A DNA stretch of 63,992 bases, the filler included, from an uncultured Methanosarcinales archaeon (GTDB lineage: Archaea; Nanobdellota; Nanobdellia; Woesearchaeales; CAYSVS01): the NCBI GenBank assembly GCA_964434475.1. It is 5 parts of 5 records of this genome, joined end to end, with 100 filler letters (N's around TTAATTAATTAA, not from the genome) between each part and the next. Parts side by side here need not be neighbours in the genome. Positions count along the whole stretch, not along the records: positions 1 to 13,623 come from CAYSVS010000030.1; 4 more parts are not named here. The stretch is one strand, 5' to 3'. Below are positions 1 through 9,293 of this stretch, piece by piece. The notes beneath the pieces are model-generated. The model saw only the letters and a program-made list of their open reading frames with translations. It had not been told where the DNA came from and did no database searches. The first letter of the stretch is position 1. Every line of letters begins with the position of its first letter. Both the position numbers and the translations under genes were made by a program.

Positions 1-51
1 TGTGCAATTAATCTAAAAAGCTAAGCTAAACAGCAATTATGCAAAGTTCTC
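1..51. mobile_element. Probable right end of an IS5-family element (transposase 3' end plus terminal repeat)
   Basis: 1-24 reads CAINLKS*, resembling the A-x-N-L-K C-terminus of IS5 transposases. 35-51 AATTATGCAAAGTTCTC matches 54459-54475 at 15/17 positions. Confidence 0.45.
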
Positions 52-113
52 TGAACATAAATTTAATTAGTATAGTAGAATGTAATAAAAAGATATTTGA
101 AAAATAGGATTTT

Positions 114-659
114 TTAAAGGACTTCTTGTATCTTTTTGCTTTTCATAATTCTTCTTTGCTTCTCAAGCCATTTATATACTTGCGAATGTGGTGAGCCAGT
201 CAACAAGCTTTCAATTGCTTTTCTTGCTCTTGCAACATCTTCAGGATAGCCGATTATGCCTGCTGTTTTTCCGTATATGGAAATATACGTCTCTGTCAAC
301 TCTTCTATCAATCTTCTTGATTTTCCTTCTGCTCCTATTACTCTTCCTTTAAGCCTTTGCGCAGTATTTTTAGATTTTCCTGCAAAGTCCATGATATTTA
401 TAATCTCTAAAGAATAATCTCCTTTAAGTAATAATCTTGCAAATTCAGGGTTAAAACCTCTGCTGATGGCTTTTACCATCTCTCTTGCATTAAACAACCC
501 TAATGCTTCTTCACCTCTTATGAAAACATCTCCTTCTTTGCTGTCAACCTCTATGTTTGTTTTAGTATACTCTTCAATCTCTTTTTTTACTTCTCCTTTT
601 TTTCCTATGAGTACAGCAATCCTGTCTTTAGGTATCTTAAGTTCATAATTGAATTCCAT
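114..659 (-). CDS. KH-domain pre-rRNA processing protein (Pno1/Dim2, Krr1-like)
   Basis: Two KH GxxG motifs (IGKKG, RVIGAEG); C-terminal GSPHSQVYKWLE; located next to RIO1. Confidence 0.92.
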   Translation of the reverse strand: MEFNYELKIPKDRIAVLIGKKGEVKKEIEEYTKTNIEVDSKEGDVFIRGEEALGLFNAREMVKAISRGFNPEFARLLLKGDYSLEIINIMDFAGKSKNTAQRLKGRVIGAEGKSRRLIEELTETYISIYGKTAGIIGYPEDVARARKAIESLLTGSPHSQVYKWLEKQRRIMKSKKIQEVL

Positions 660-898
660 AATTTACCAGTAAATCGCTATGTTTTTAAAGGTTTTTGAAT
701 TCAGAAGTTTATTTCATACATTGGAACATATCTATCTAACGTTTTTATTTGATTATAATTTTCAATTTAAATCTTTTTTTGCTAAACATATTATTTTCAT
801 CTTCAAAAACTATAGCAAAAAGCTCAGAATAAGGATTGTATATTTCATTTAGATTTCAGATTATTCATCTATCCTCTGATGAAACTTGTTTATTTAAA

Positions 899-1618
899 TT
901 ACTGTTTTTTAATGGATTCAATAATATTATCTTTTTTTATCGAAGATATTCCTATTTTCTTGAAATAATTGCAAATATTGGTGACATCTCTTATCAGGTA
1001 ATCTTCCGCATATATATCATTAACTGATGTTGCTTGAGAGAAATCTATAAAATACGGTTTATTATCCTTGACCAATATGTTAAAAGCACTTAAGTCAGCG
1101 TGCACCAATCCTGTTTTATATAGTTTTTTTGTATTATCTATAACATCTTCAAAGAGTTTCTTTTTGTTTTTTATTTCAGAATTAACTAACTTGGGAGCAG
1201 GTTCTTTATTTCCTATGTATTCTATTACCAGAACATTGTTTCTGTATGCGATAGGCGTAGGCACCCTAACGCTTGCTTTTCTTGCTATGTTTAAATTTCT
1301 GAATTCTCTTTGCGCCCACGAGAATATTATATTTCTTCTTGTTTTTTTAATTCCGTGATATCTTGGATCTTTTCTTATATAATCATACATCTTGTTGAAA
1401 TTGCAATTTTGTACTCTGTAGATCTTAACACACACTTTACTTCCATCTTTTCTTAAAGCACTGAAAACATTAGCTTCCTTGCCCAAAGCAATAGGACTCT
1501 GAAGTTCCGAAAACAATCCTTGTGTGCTTAATTTAAAAATAGTGCGTAATGTAAACTCGTCAAACACGTTTCCATATACCTTGATTTTATCTGTTGTGAG
1601 TTTCTTTAATTGTTTCAT
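899..1618 (-). CDS. rio1: Serine/threonine kinase RIO1
   Basis: GKEANVF, VKIYR, WAQREFRNL, LVHADLSAFNIL, IDFSQA. Confidence 0.95.
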   Translation of the reverse strand: MKQLKKLTTDKIKVYGNVFDEFTLRTIFKLSTQGLFSELQSPIALGKEANVFSALRKDGSKVCVKIYRVQNCNFNKMYDYIRKDPRYHGIKKTRRNIIFSWAQREFRNLNIARKASVRVPTPIAYRNNVLVIEYIGNKEPAPKLVNSEIKNKKKLFEDVIDNTKKLYKTGLVHADLSAFNILVKDNKPYFIDFSQATSVNDIYAEDYLIRDVTNICNYFKKIGISSIKKDNIIESIKKQ

Positions 1619-1717
1619 CGGTCTAAGGTGGTTTGAAGCATTTAAAAATGTATTGTTTGACTATCTAATGGTGGTGAAAAACAAAACATTTATATATTTG
1701 CTATGCTTATCACTATA

Positions 1718-1790
1718 ATGTGACAACAATAAGTTGTCATCTAAACACCTCTCTTTCCCCTACTATGTTTAGGCATTGTAGGGGTTTTAT
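1718..1790 (+). ncRNA. Candidate small RNA (hairpin, CU-rich loop region, hairpin, U tract)
   Basis: TATA-like TTTATATA at ~1689; hairpin TGACAAC/GTTGTCA 1721-1739; CACCTCTCTTT 1746-1756; hairpin CCCCTAC/GTAGGGG 1757-1784 followed by TTTT. Confidence 0.45.
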
Positions 1791-1844
1791 GATCCTGTTT
1801 AGTCAATATCCAATAAGTTTATAAATATACTATGATAACCATAT

Positions 1845-2163
1845 GAAGTCGAAAGGTACGCTTTATGGGTCCTTTTTTGAGCTGTTCTAACCAGAATGGC
1901 TGTGATATTGAGACACTATAGCGTATTTCAGCCCATCACGAGAGTACTCAAGGGAGCTAACGACAAAGTCAAGCTATGAGCTTGGGAGTTAGTGTAATGG
2001 GCAACAAACATTTATTCACGCTTAAAAAATCATAAGAAGAACAAGTTTGTCTTTAAAAAGTCAAAGGTATGTTTCATTCATATTCATCATATTCATCAAC
2101 ATTATGTTAAGTAGACTAAATAAAGCTAGATAAAACTTGTTCTGGAATTAGGAGGAGATAAAA
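1845..2163 (+). ncRNA. Candidate structured 5' leader / ncRNA upstream of dnaG
   Basis: TATA box TTTATAAA at 1818. Nested stems 1854-1862/1920-1928, 1880-1901, 1931-1936/1997-2002, 1957-1961/1988-1992, 1971-1983 and 2038-2048/2133-2143. RBS GGAGG at 2151. Confidence 0.55.
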
Positions 2164-3405
2164 ATGGGAAAGATAAGCCCAGTTTCAGCTAAATATATAG
2201 TTCATTCATCTATCAATATTGAAGGCGTAGTTGACAGACCAGATGTAATAGGTGCAATTTTTGGTCAGACAGAAGGTTTGTTAGGTGCTGATCTTGAATT
2301 AAGAGAACTTCAAAGAAGCGGCAGGATAGGAAGGATAGAAGTAAGTTTAGAAACCAAAAGTGGTAAAACAAAAGGAGATATCCTTATTCCTTCGAGTTTA
2401 GACAAAGCAGAAACCGCTATAGTTGGAGCTGCTTTAGAGATAATTCAAAGGATAGGTCCTTGCAACGCTAAGATACAAGTAGAAAAGATAGAAGATGTAA
2501 GGGTAAGTAAAAGAGCCTATGTTGTTGACAGGGCAAAATCATTGCTGAAGAATCTTATGGATTCTGTAATGCCTGACAGCCAAGAGATAGCTGACGAGGT
2601 TGCATATTCAGTAAGGGTTATGGAGATTCAAAATTATGGCAGAGATAGATTGCCGGCAGGACCTTCTATCGATGAAAGCGATGAGATAATAGTAGTAGAG
2701 GGAAGAGCAGATGTTCTTAATTTGTTGAAGCATGGTCTTAAAAACGCTATAGCTATGAACGGTTCTTCTGTACCTCAGACATTGGTTAATTTAAGCAAAC
2801 AAAAGATAGTTACTGTTTTTGTCGATGGAGATAGAGGCGGAGATTTGAATATTAAGGAATTACTGCAGGTTTCTGATATAGATTATGTTACAAAAGCGCC
2901 TGATGGAAAAGAGGTTGAAGAGATAACCAAAAAAGAGATACATAAGGCATTAAGAGGAAGGGTTGCTGCAGAGCAGGCAAAATTAGAAATAGGCAATACT
3001 GAAGAAAGGGTAGAAAGAAGAAAACATACATCGCCTAACCACTCATACCAAAGACATAATTCTAGGCAGTCTCAACAATCACAAAGATCTTCGTCTTCTT
3101 CAAGACCTGTTGTTTTGAGTGCAGAAAAAAAAGAAAAATTCAAGTCTATGTTAGAGGATCTTGTAGGAACAAAAGGTGCTTATCTGCTCGATGAAAAAAT
3201 GAATATACTTGGGAAAGTTCCTTACAGCGAACTTGCGACAACTATAAAAAGTCTAAAGACCGGAATATATGCTGTTATTTTTGACGGACAGATAAATAAA
3301 GATTTGCTACAGACAGCAGAATATACAAGAGTAAAACATCTGATAGGTATGGATTCAAACGTAAGGTCTAGCAGATTGAACATAATGACTATCAATGATT
3401 TTTAA
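2164..3405 (+). CDS. dnaG: Archaeal DnaG (bacterial-type primase fold, exosome-associated)
   Basis: N-terminal GVVDRPDVIGAIFGQTEGLLG; TOPRIM motifs VVEGRADV and DGDRGG; strong RBS. Confidence 0.96.
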   Translation: MGKISPVSAKYIVHSSINIEGVVDRPDVIGAIFGQTEGLLGADLELRELQRSGRIGRIEVSLETKSGKTKGDILIPSSLDKAETAIVGAALEIIQRIGPCNAKIQVEKIEDVRVSKRAYVVDRAKSLLKNLMDSVMPDSQEIADEVAYSVRVMEIQNYGRDRLPAGPSIDESDEIIVVEGRADVLNLLKHGLKNAIAMNGSSVPQTLVNLSKQKIVTVFVDGDRGGDLNIKELLQVSDIDYVTKAPDGKEVEEITKKEIHKALRGRVAAEQAKLEIGNTEERVERRKHTSPNHSYQRHNSRQSQQSQRSSSSSRPVVLSAEKKEKFKSMLEDLVGTKGAYLLDEKMNILGKVPYSELATTIKSLKTGIYAVIFDGQINKDLLQTAEYTRVKHLIGMDSNVRSSRLNIMTINDF

Positions 3406-3411
3406 AATTTT

Positions 3412-4490
3412 TTATTTTTTTAAGAATTTTTTTCTTGCTTCTTTCAACAGTTTTGGCTCAGGCAATCCTTGTGCTTTTGAATACCTTAATCTTGTGCCTT
3501 TTGAATAAGGGCTTGTCATATAACATCTTAAAAACCAATCTTTGACTTCTTCATTTATCTCAAGCCCTTCTTTTTGTAATTGCCTTACAACATCTATCCT
3601 CGCCAGATCGCGCTTATAGGAGCAGCCTGCATTGACTGGATACTTTAGTATGTAATCAATAGTCTCTTTTTCGCTTAAATCGATTAATCTGCCTATCTTG
3701 TTCTTTTGCTTCAGAACTCTTGAATGGTTGTAGCTACCAAATTGAGGAAAGTTTAATATTGCTTTCTTTACAGCAGCTTCATTGCCATATATTTTCACAG
3801 CTTCTTCCATTACTCTTGAATGGTTTAAGTTAGCAAATTNNNNNNNNNNNNNNNNNNNNNNNNNNNNNNNNNNNNNNNNNNNNNNNNNNNNNNNNNNNNN
3901 NNNNNNNNNNNNNNNNNNNNNNNNNNNNNNNNNNNNNNNAATATTGCTTTTTTAACATCCTTTTCATTACCATATATTTTCACAGCTTCTTCCATTACTC
4001 TTGAATGGTTTAAGTTAGCAAATTGAGGAAAGTTTAATATTGCTTTTTTAACATCCTTTTCATTACCATATATTTTCACAGCTTCTTCCAGAACTCTTGA
4101 ATGGTTGTAGCCAGCAAATTGAGGATTTCTTAATATTGCTTTCTTTACAGCAATTTCATTGCTATATATTTTCACAGCTTCTTCCAGAACTCTTGAATGG
4201 TTTAAGCCAGCAAATTGAGGAAAGTTTAATATTGCTTTCTTTACAGCAACTTCATTGCCATATATTTTTACAGCTTCTTCCATTACTCTTGAATGGTTTA
4301 AGCCAGCAAATGTAGGAAAGTTTAATATTGCTTTCTTTACAGCAACTTCATTGCCATATATTTTTACAGCTTCTTCCATTACTCTTGAATGGTTTAAGCC
4401 AGCAAATGTAGGAAAGTTTAATATTGCTTTTTTAACTAATTCTGTATCTCCATATACTTCAATAATTTGCTCAAGCTTTTTAGGTTTCAT
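3412..4490 (-). CDS. 32-aa tandem-repeat helical protein (mTERF-like); one gene interrupted by a 100-N gap
   Basis: ORFs 3825-4490 and 3412-3810 carry the same repeat (xEEAVKIYGNExxVKKAILNFPxFAxxNHSRV). The repeat continues on both sides of the gap, and the C-terminal cap is a degenerate repeat. Confidence 0.8.
3715..4460. repeat. 96-bp tandem repeat array (at least 7 units; true number unresolved by the gap)
   Basis: ACTCTTGAATGGTT recurs every 96 bp (for example ~3997, 4093, 4189, 4285, 4381). Confidence 0.92.
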
Positions 4491-4577
4491 ACACTCAATA
4501 GTGATTAAATACTTATAAAACTAATGCTCAAACTACAAAATAACATTAGAAATTATATATAAAAGAAAAAAAAGAAT

Positions 4578-5798
4578 CTAGCACAGTGCCAGTTCCATAA
4601 GCTCTTCTACTGTTTTGTATCCAGGATACATCTCACCATTAATCTCCCACGTAGGATAACCTTTAACATCTTCTTTGCAGTCTGTTGAGTCGCAGTATAC
4701 TAACTCAACATCAACATTGTCAAGCAGTTCAATCTGTTCATCGCAGTATTTGCAGTTATTTTTCACGATGTAAAGTTTAGCATTGTTATCTTTAAGACAG
4801 TCATTAAAAGTGTATTCTGATTCAACTGTTTCAACAACTTTTTCACCAAGATATATCTTGATGGTTGACTTGCTTTTAAGCTGCTCTATATATGTCTCTA
4901 AACCAGTTTGCTTTTTTGTTCCTAATAAAGATTCTCTTATTTGAGATTCAACGTCCGGCAGCTTTATCTCATTATTATCTCTTTTGATTATATGCCATCC
5001 GTATTGTGTCTGTACGGGCTCCGAAATCTCTCCTTGATCTAATGTGAAAAGCACATTCTCAAATTCTTCGACAAGCATGCCTTTGCCTACAACGCCTAAA
5101 TTTCCTCCGCTAGTGCTGCTAGGGCCTATTGATCTTTCTTTTGCAAGTTCAGCAAAATCCTTTCCGCTTAGTAATTCTTGTTTTATCACTTTTGCTTCTT
5201 CTTCTGTCTCAACAAGTATGTGTCTTGCTCTTACTTGTCCTTTTTGAATCAGGAATTGTTCAATATTATTGTCATAATATTCTTTTATCTCTTCATTGCT
5301 TATGGTTATCTCTTTGAACAGTGTTTCATTTATGAAATCATTTATGATTATCTGTTTTCTATAGCTATTTCTAAGCTCTTCATATGTTAATCCCTGCATC
5401 TTAAGCGATTCTTGAAGCTGCTCTTGAGTCATGCTTGTATCTTCAATAGCTTTATCAACAGCATCCTGCACTTTTTTATCATCTACTGTTTTGTCTGTTA
5501 TCTGCTGCATGATAAGCATTTCATTTATCATCTGATCCAGTAAATCATCTTTTGTTATCAAAGATTGATAAGTTTCTGGTAATATGCTGTATTTTTTATC
5601 CAATTCCTGCATTGTTATGTATTCATTATTAACCTGAGCAGCCATGCTTTCTTTTTTTTGCACAGCATTGCCAAGATTTGTTTTGACAGAATCAACATAA
5701 TTCATTATATCTGCTTTGTAAAAGTATACTAGAACCAATAAGATAATAAAAATAAGTCCGAAAATCCTTCCTTTTCTTAATTTAACTTTTTTTGCCAA
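4578..5798 (-). CDS. Membrane-anchored PrsA/SurA-type parvulin PPIase with C-terminal thioredoxin-like domain
   Basis: N-terminal TM helix; SurA-N-like AAQVNNEYIT; parvulin motifs ARHILV, FAELAKERS, GGNLG, QYGWHII; C-terminal CKYC...GYPTWEING. Confidence 0.88.
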   Translation of the reverse strand: MAKKVKLRKGRIFGLIFIILLVLVYFYKADIMNYVDSVKTNLGNAVQKKESMAAQVNNEYITMQELDKKYSILPETYQSLITKDDLLDQMINEMLIMQQITDKTVDDKKVQDAVDKAIEDTSMTQEQLQESLKMQGLTYEELRNSYRKQIIINDFINETLFKEITISNEEIKEYYDNNIEQFLIQKGQVRARHILVETEEEAKVIKQELLSGKDFAELAKERSIGPSSTSGGNLGVVGKGMLVEEFENVLFTLDQGEISEPVQTQYGWHIIKRDNNEIKLPDVESQIRESLLGTKKQTGLETYIEQLKSKSTIKIYLGEKVVETVESEYTFNDCLKDNNAKLYIVKNNCKYCDEQIELLDNVDVELVYCDSTDCKEDVKGYPTWEINGEMYPGYKTVEELMELALC

Positions 5799-5929
5799 TT
5801 TTAAATCCCCTCTCTATAATTAAATATTATAGACTGAAATTATAACTAATAAATAAATGTTTCTATAAATTCTTTATTACAAAATGGTTACAATATTATT
5901 TAAAAACCAAAGACTTTAACCATTTAATA

Positions 5930-7258
5930 ATGGCATATGACATAATAGTTGGCAGGAATGAGGCTGATAGAAAAAAATATGGTATGAAAGGCACAATCCT
6001 TATAGGTAAGCATTATGTTAAGATGGGTCAGTTAACTACTCTTTCCAATAAGGTATATATGGACATAGCAAAAGCACACGTTGTGTTTATATGCGGAAAA
6101 AGAGGCGGCGGTAAAAGTTATACTATGGGAGTAATAGCAGAAGGTATGTTGGATCTGCCGCCTGAAGTAAAAGAAAACTTGAGTATAATTATGCTTGATA
6201 CTATGGGTGTTTATTGGACCATGAAATACCCTAATCATAAGGATGAGGAACTGCTGAAAGATTGGGGTTTGGAAGGCAAAGAGCTGAATATAACAATTTA
6301 TACTCCTGTGGGTTATTACAAACAGTATAAAAAACAGGGTATTCCTACTGATTTTCCTTTCTCTATAAAACCTAATGACCTTGATGTTGACGATTGGCTT
6401 CTTACTTTTGATCTTGACATGAATGATCCTATAGGTGTTTTGATACAGAAAACATTGCATAGTTTGAGAAAGGAGAAACCAGAATTTTCAATAGAGGATT
6501 TTATAGAATTCGTAGGGAAAGATAATGATGCCGATTCTCATTCAAAAGAAGCGTTAATAAGCAGGCTTAAAGGCACAGAAGATTGGGGATTGTTTGAAGC
6601 AAAAGGTACTGCAATAAAAGATCTCGCTTTGCCTGGAGCTGTAGTGGTGCTTGATGTTAGCTGCTATGCTACCATGCCTGGAGGCTGGAAAGTAAAAAGT
6701 CTTGTTATTGGTATAGTCTCAAAAAAATTGTTTATAGATAGGATGAGATCAAGAAAAATGGAAGAATTTCGGGCTATCAGCGGAGCTGAGCATTATTTTG
6801 AGACTTCAAAACCTGTTAAAAAAGAAGAGAAGATGCCGCTTGTATGGCTTGTAATAGATGAAGCACATGAATTTCTGCCTATTAAGGGTAAGACGTCATC
6901 AACAGATGCTTTAGTGACTATAATGAGGGAAGGAAGGCAGCCGGGCATTAGCCTTATATTGGCAACTCAGCAGCCAGGAAAGATACACACAGATGTGATG
7001 ACACAATCAGATATAGTTTTGGCTCATAGGATAACAGCAAAGTTAGATACTGAAGCTTTGGGTCTATTGATGCAGAGTTATATGCGTAAAGGTTTAACAG
7101 AACAATTGGATAATTTGCCCAGGGTAAAAGGGGCAGCAATACTGTTTGATGATCAGAATGAAAGGATGTATCCTATAAGGATCAGGCCCAGATTCACATG
7201 GCACGGAGGCGAAGCTCCTATTGCTGTTCCGCCTGAGAAAAAGGAGATAGATCTTTAA
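5930..7258 (+). CDS. HerA/FtsK-superfamily ATPase (DUF87-type)
   Basis: Walker A GKRGGGKS, Walker B VIDEAH, REGRQPGISLILATQQP. Confidence 0.88.
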   Translation: MAYDIIVGRNEADRKKYGMKGTILIGKHYVKMGQLTTLSNKVYMDIAKAHVVFICGKRGGGKSYTMGVIAEGMLDLPPEVKENLSIIMLDTMGVYWTMKYPNHKDEELLKDWGLEGKELNITIYTPVGYYKQYKKQGIPTDFPFSIKPNDLDVDDWLLTFDLDMNDPIGVLIQKTLHSLRKEKPEFSIEDFIEFVGKDNDADSHSKEALISRLKGTEDWGLFEAKGTAIKDLALPGAVVVLDVSCYATMPGGWKVKSLVIGIVSKKLFIDRMRSRKMEEFRAISGAEHYFETSKPVKKEEKMPLVWLVIDEAHEFLPIKGKTSSTDALVTIMREGRQPGISLILATQQPGKIHTDVMTQSDIVLAHRITAKLDTEALGLLMQSYMRKGLTEQLDNLPRVKGAAILFDDQNERMYPIRIRPRFTWHGGEAPIAVPPEKKEIDL

Positions 7259-7259
7259 G

Positions 7260-7559
7260 ATGGTTTTTAACAAAACGTTTCCGCGCACGATAAAAGGCAA
7301 AAACTTTCCTGTTTGGGAAGAGATTGAACTTACAGAAAAAGAGGAAAAACAAGAAGAGGTAAAGTGCAGGTTTGAAAACATATTTTTGATGAAAGAATGC
7401 ATAGACGATGCAAAAAGTATTATTCGGTCAAAAGATTTAAGACGCTACCAGACTAACTTGGTAAACATAGCAATATCTTTATTCAGAAAACGTGCAAGCT
7501 ATTCTGTGCATTATAAAGAATCAAAAGCAAAAGAAAAATTTGATAAAAAATTTAAATAA
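7260..7559 (+). CDS. Hypothetical protein, coupled to the ATPase gene
   Basis: Starts 1 nt after the ATPase stop; GGAG RBS-like sequence upstream. Confidence 0.7.
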   Translation: MVFNKTFPRTIKGKNFPVWEEIELTEKEEKQEEVKCRFENIFLMKECIDDAKSIIRSKDLRRYQTNLVNIAISLFRKRASYSVHYKESKAKEKFDKKFK

Positions 7560-7572
7560 ATAAAAAAATTTA

Positions 7573-8007
7573 TTATTTCTTTTTTGCTGTTTTCTTCTTA
7601 GATTTATTGTTTGATTTCTTTCTTTTGGACTTCTTTTTCTTAGGTTTTTTAGAAGTTTTTTTCTTGGTCGATTTTTTTGTTGTTGTTTTCTTCTTAGATT
7701 TATTGTTTGATTTCTTTCTTGCTGTTTTCTTTTTTTTAGCAGGCTTTTTTCTTGCCTTAACAACCTTTTTTTCAACTTCTTCAGCATAACTTCTGCTTCT
7801 TTTTGGCAGCCTTGCTGATTCTAAGCTAATGACTGATGCAATGAACATTATTGCAAAGATTAGCCCGAATGTAAAACCCCATGTGTTGCCGTTTCCGACA
7901 AACCACTGGTCCATTTTGCCGCTTGCTGTGTAGACAATCGTCACGATTAATCCTAGCATACCTACAATCATAAAAGTTGCAGGTAATGGTCTTGATTTGT
8001 AGTACAT
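7573..8007 (-). CDS. Two-TM membrane protein with histone-H1-like Lys-rich tail
   Basis: Two hydrophobic helices then a K-rich tail with duplicated RKKSNNKSKKKT; RBS GAGGTG. Confidence 0.8.
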   Translation of the reverse strand: MYYKSRPLPATFMIVGMLGLIVTIVYTASGKMDQWFVGNGNTWGFTFGLIFAIMFIASVISLESARLPKRSRSYAEEVEKKVVKARKKPAKKKKTARKKSNNKSKKKTTTKKSTKKKTSKKPKKKKSKRKKSNNKSKKKTAKKK

Positions 8008-8071
8008 TTTTCCACCTCTCCTTTTTTATTGTTAACAAAGTATGATGTTTTTTATTAACTATGTAAATTTA

Positions 8072-9199
8072 TTAAATTTTTCTTTTGTATATGAACTTTT
8101 CAATATTCTTTTTCGCTTTTTCTCTTTCTTTTTGATGTTTTTCAAGAAATATGTTTAACTTGTCTATCAATATTTTCTTGAGTTCGCCAGACAATAGTTT
8201 GCCTGATCTATAATCTTCATATATTTTTTTAAGTTTTTCATCATTTTCTTCAAAAAACATGAGCCATTGATAACTTACATCAATATCTGGATTTCCTCCT
8301 TGTTTCCTATGCTCTTCAATAGTGTCTTTACCGCCGGAGAAAGCATATTTGTTTATTTTTTTCTTCACTGTCTTAGGATTATCTGTTGTGTATATTGTTG
8401 CATTGTCTCCAGAGCTTGTTGACATCTTCCCATCTGCACCCATCCCCCCTAATCCTGGTAGGAATCTGCACTGTATTGATGCTGGCTTGTAATGACCTAA
8501 TTTAGGTATAACATCGCGTGAAACACGAAAATGCGGATCCTGATCTATTGCGTGAGGAATCAAGCAAGGTATTTCTTTTTTCTTTATCACAGAAGGTAAA
8601 AACGCAGGTACTGCCTGCATAGCAGTATAAAAGATTGCTCCAATATTTTGATCATTTGTAAAGCCAAAAGCTGATTTAGCTGTAGAGAATGTTATCTTCT
8701 TTGCAACTTTTATAGCTTCTTTATACATCAGATCAGCATGCTTTGTATCTATGATGAAATGTGTTTTATCTGGATCAAATCCCAAAGCAATTATGTCCAG
8801 CATATTTTCATAAGTATATTTTTCTGTATCTTCTAAAGTAATTTTTTCTTTGAACAGAAATTTTTCTTCATCAGGAAATTGAAACCATAATTCAACATCA
8901 AACTTATCCTGCAGCCATTTGGTAAACATCCATGGGACTATGTGCCCAAGATGTGTATGGCCTGATGGCGCCCTTCCTGTATAAAGAAAAAATTTATTCC
9001 CTTTTTCATATTCCTCAAGTATCCATTTTAGGTCCCTGTGAGCAAAAAATATCCCTCTTCTTAAGAAATGATGCACTTCTTTAGCTTGTTTTTCTATCTT
9101 TTGCATCAATTGCTTGTCAATCTTAGAAACTCCGAAATCTTTTATCAATTTGTCATAATCTATGTTGCCTTTGACTTCCCAAGGTGTAACTGTTACCAT
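8072..9199 (-). CDS. trpS: Tryptophanyl-tRNA synthetase (archaeal type)
   Basis: VTPWEV, YTGRAPS..HLGH, AIDQDPHFR, KMSTS, KYAFSGG. Confidence 0.97.
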   Translation of the reverse strand: MVTVTPWEVKGNIDYDKLIKDFGVSKIDKQLMQKIEKQAKEVHHFLRRGIFFAHRDLKWILEEYEKGNKFFLYTGRAPSGHTHLGHIVPWMFTKWLQDKFDVELWFQFPDEEKFLFKEKITLEDTEKYTYENMLDIIALGFDPDKTHFIIDTKHADLMYKEAIKVAKKITFSTAKSAFGFTNDQNIGAIFYTAMQAVPAFLPSVIKKKEIPCLIPHAIDQDPHFRVSRDVIPKLGHYKPASIQCRFLPGLGGMGADGKMSTSSGDNATIYTTDNPKTVKKKINKYAFSGGKDTIEEHRKQGGNPDIDVSYQWLMFFEENDEKLKKIYEDYRSGKLLSGELKKILIDKLNIFLEKHQKEREKAKKNIEKFIYKRKI

Positions 9200-9293
9200 A
9201 TCAAAAAACGAGTGGATTTCAATATTTAAATGTTTTGATAATGTATTCTATAATTTAATAATATTTATAACATTACTTTGTTTTTCTTATGTT

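Noticed and set aside
1845..2010. RNase P or SRP RNA identity for the dnaG upstream structure
   Set aside because: No GAGGAAAGUCC (RNase P CR-I) motif and no SRP helix-8 CAGG/AGCA with GNRA loop found
3715..4460. Regularly spaced repeats as a possible CRISPR array
   Set aside because: The period is 96 bp, the whole unit is conserved and in frame, there are no unique spacers and no cas genes
5930..7258. HerA as part of an anti-phage system (Sir2-HerA, DUF4297-HerA)
   Set aside because: No effector partner is adjacent and the context is housekeeping
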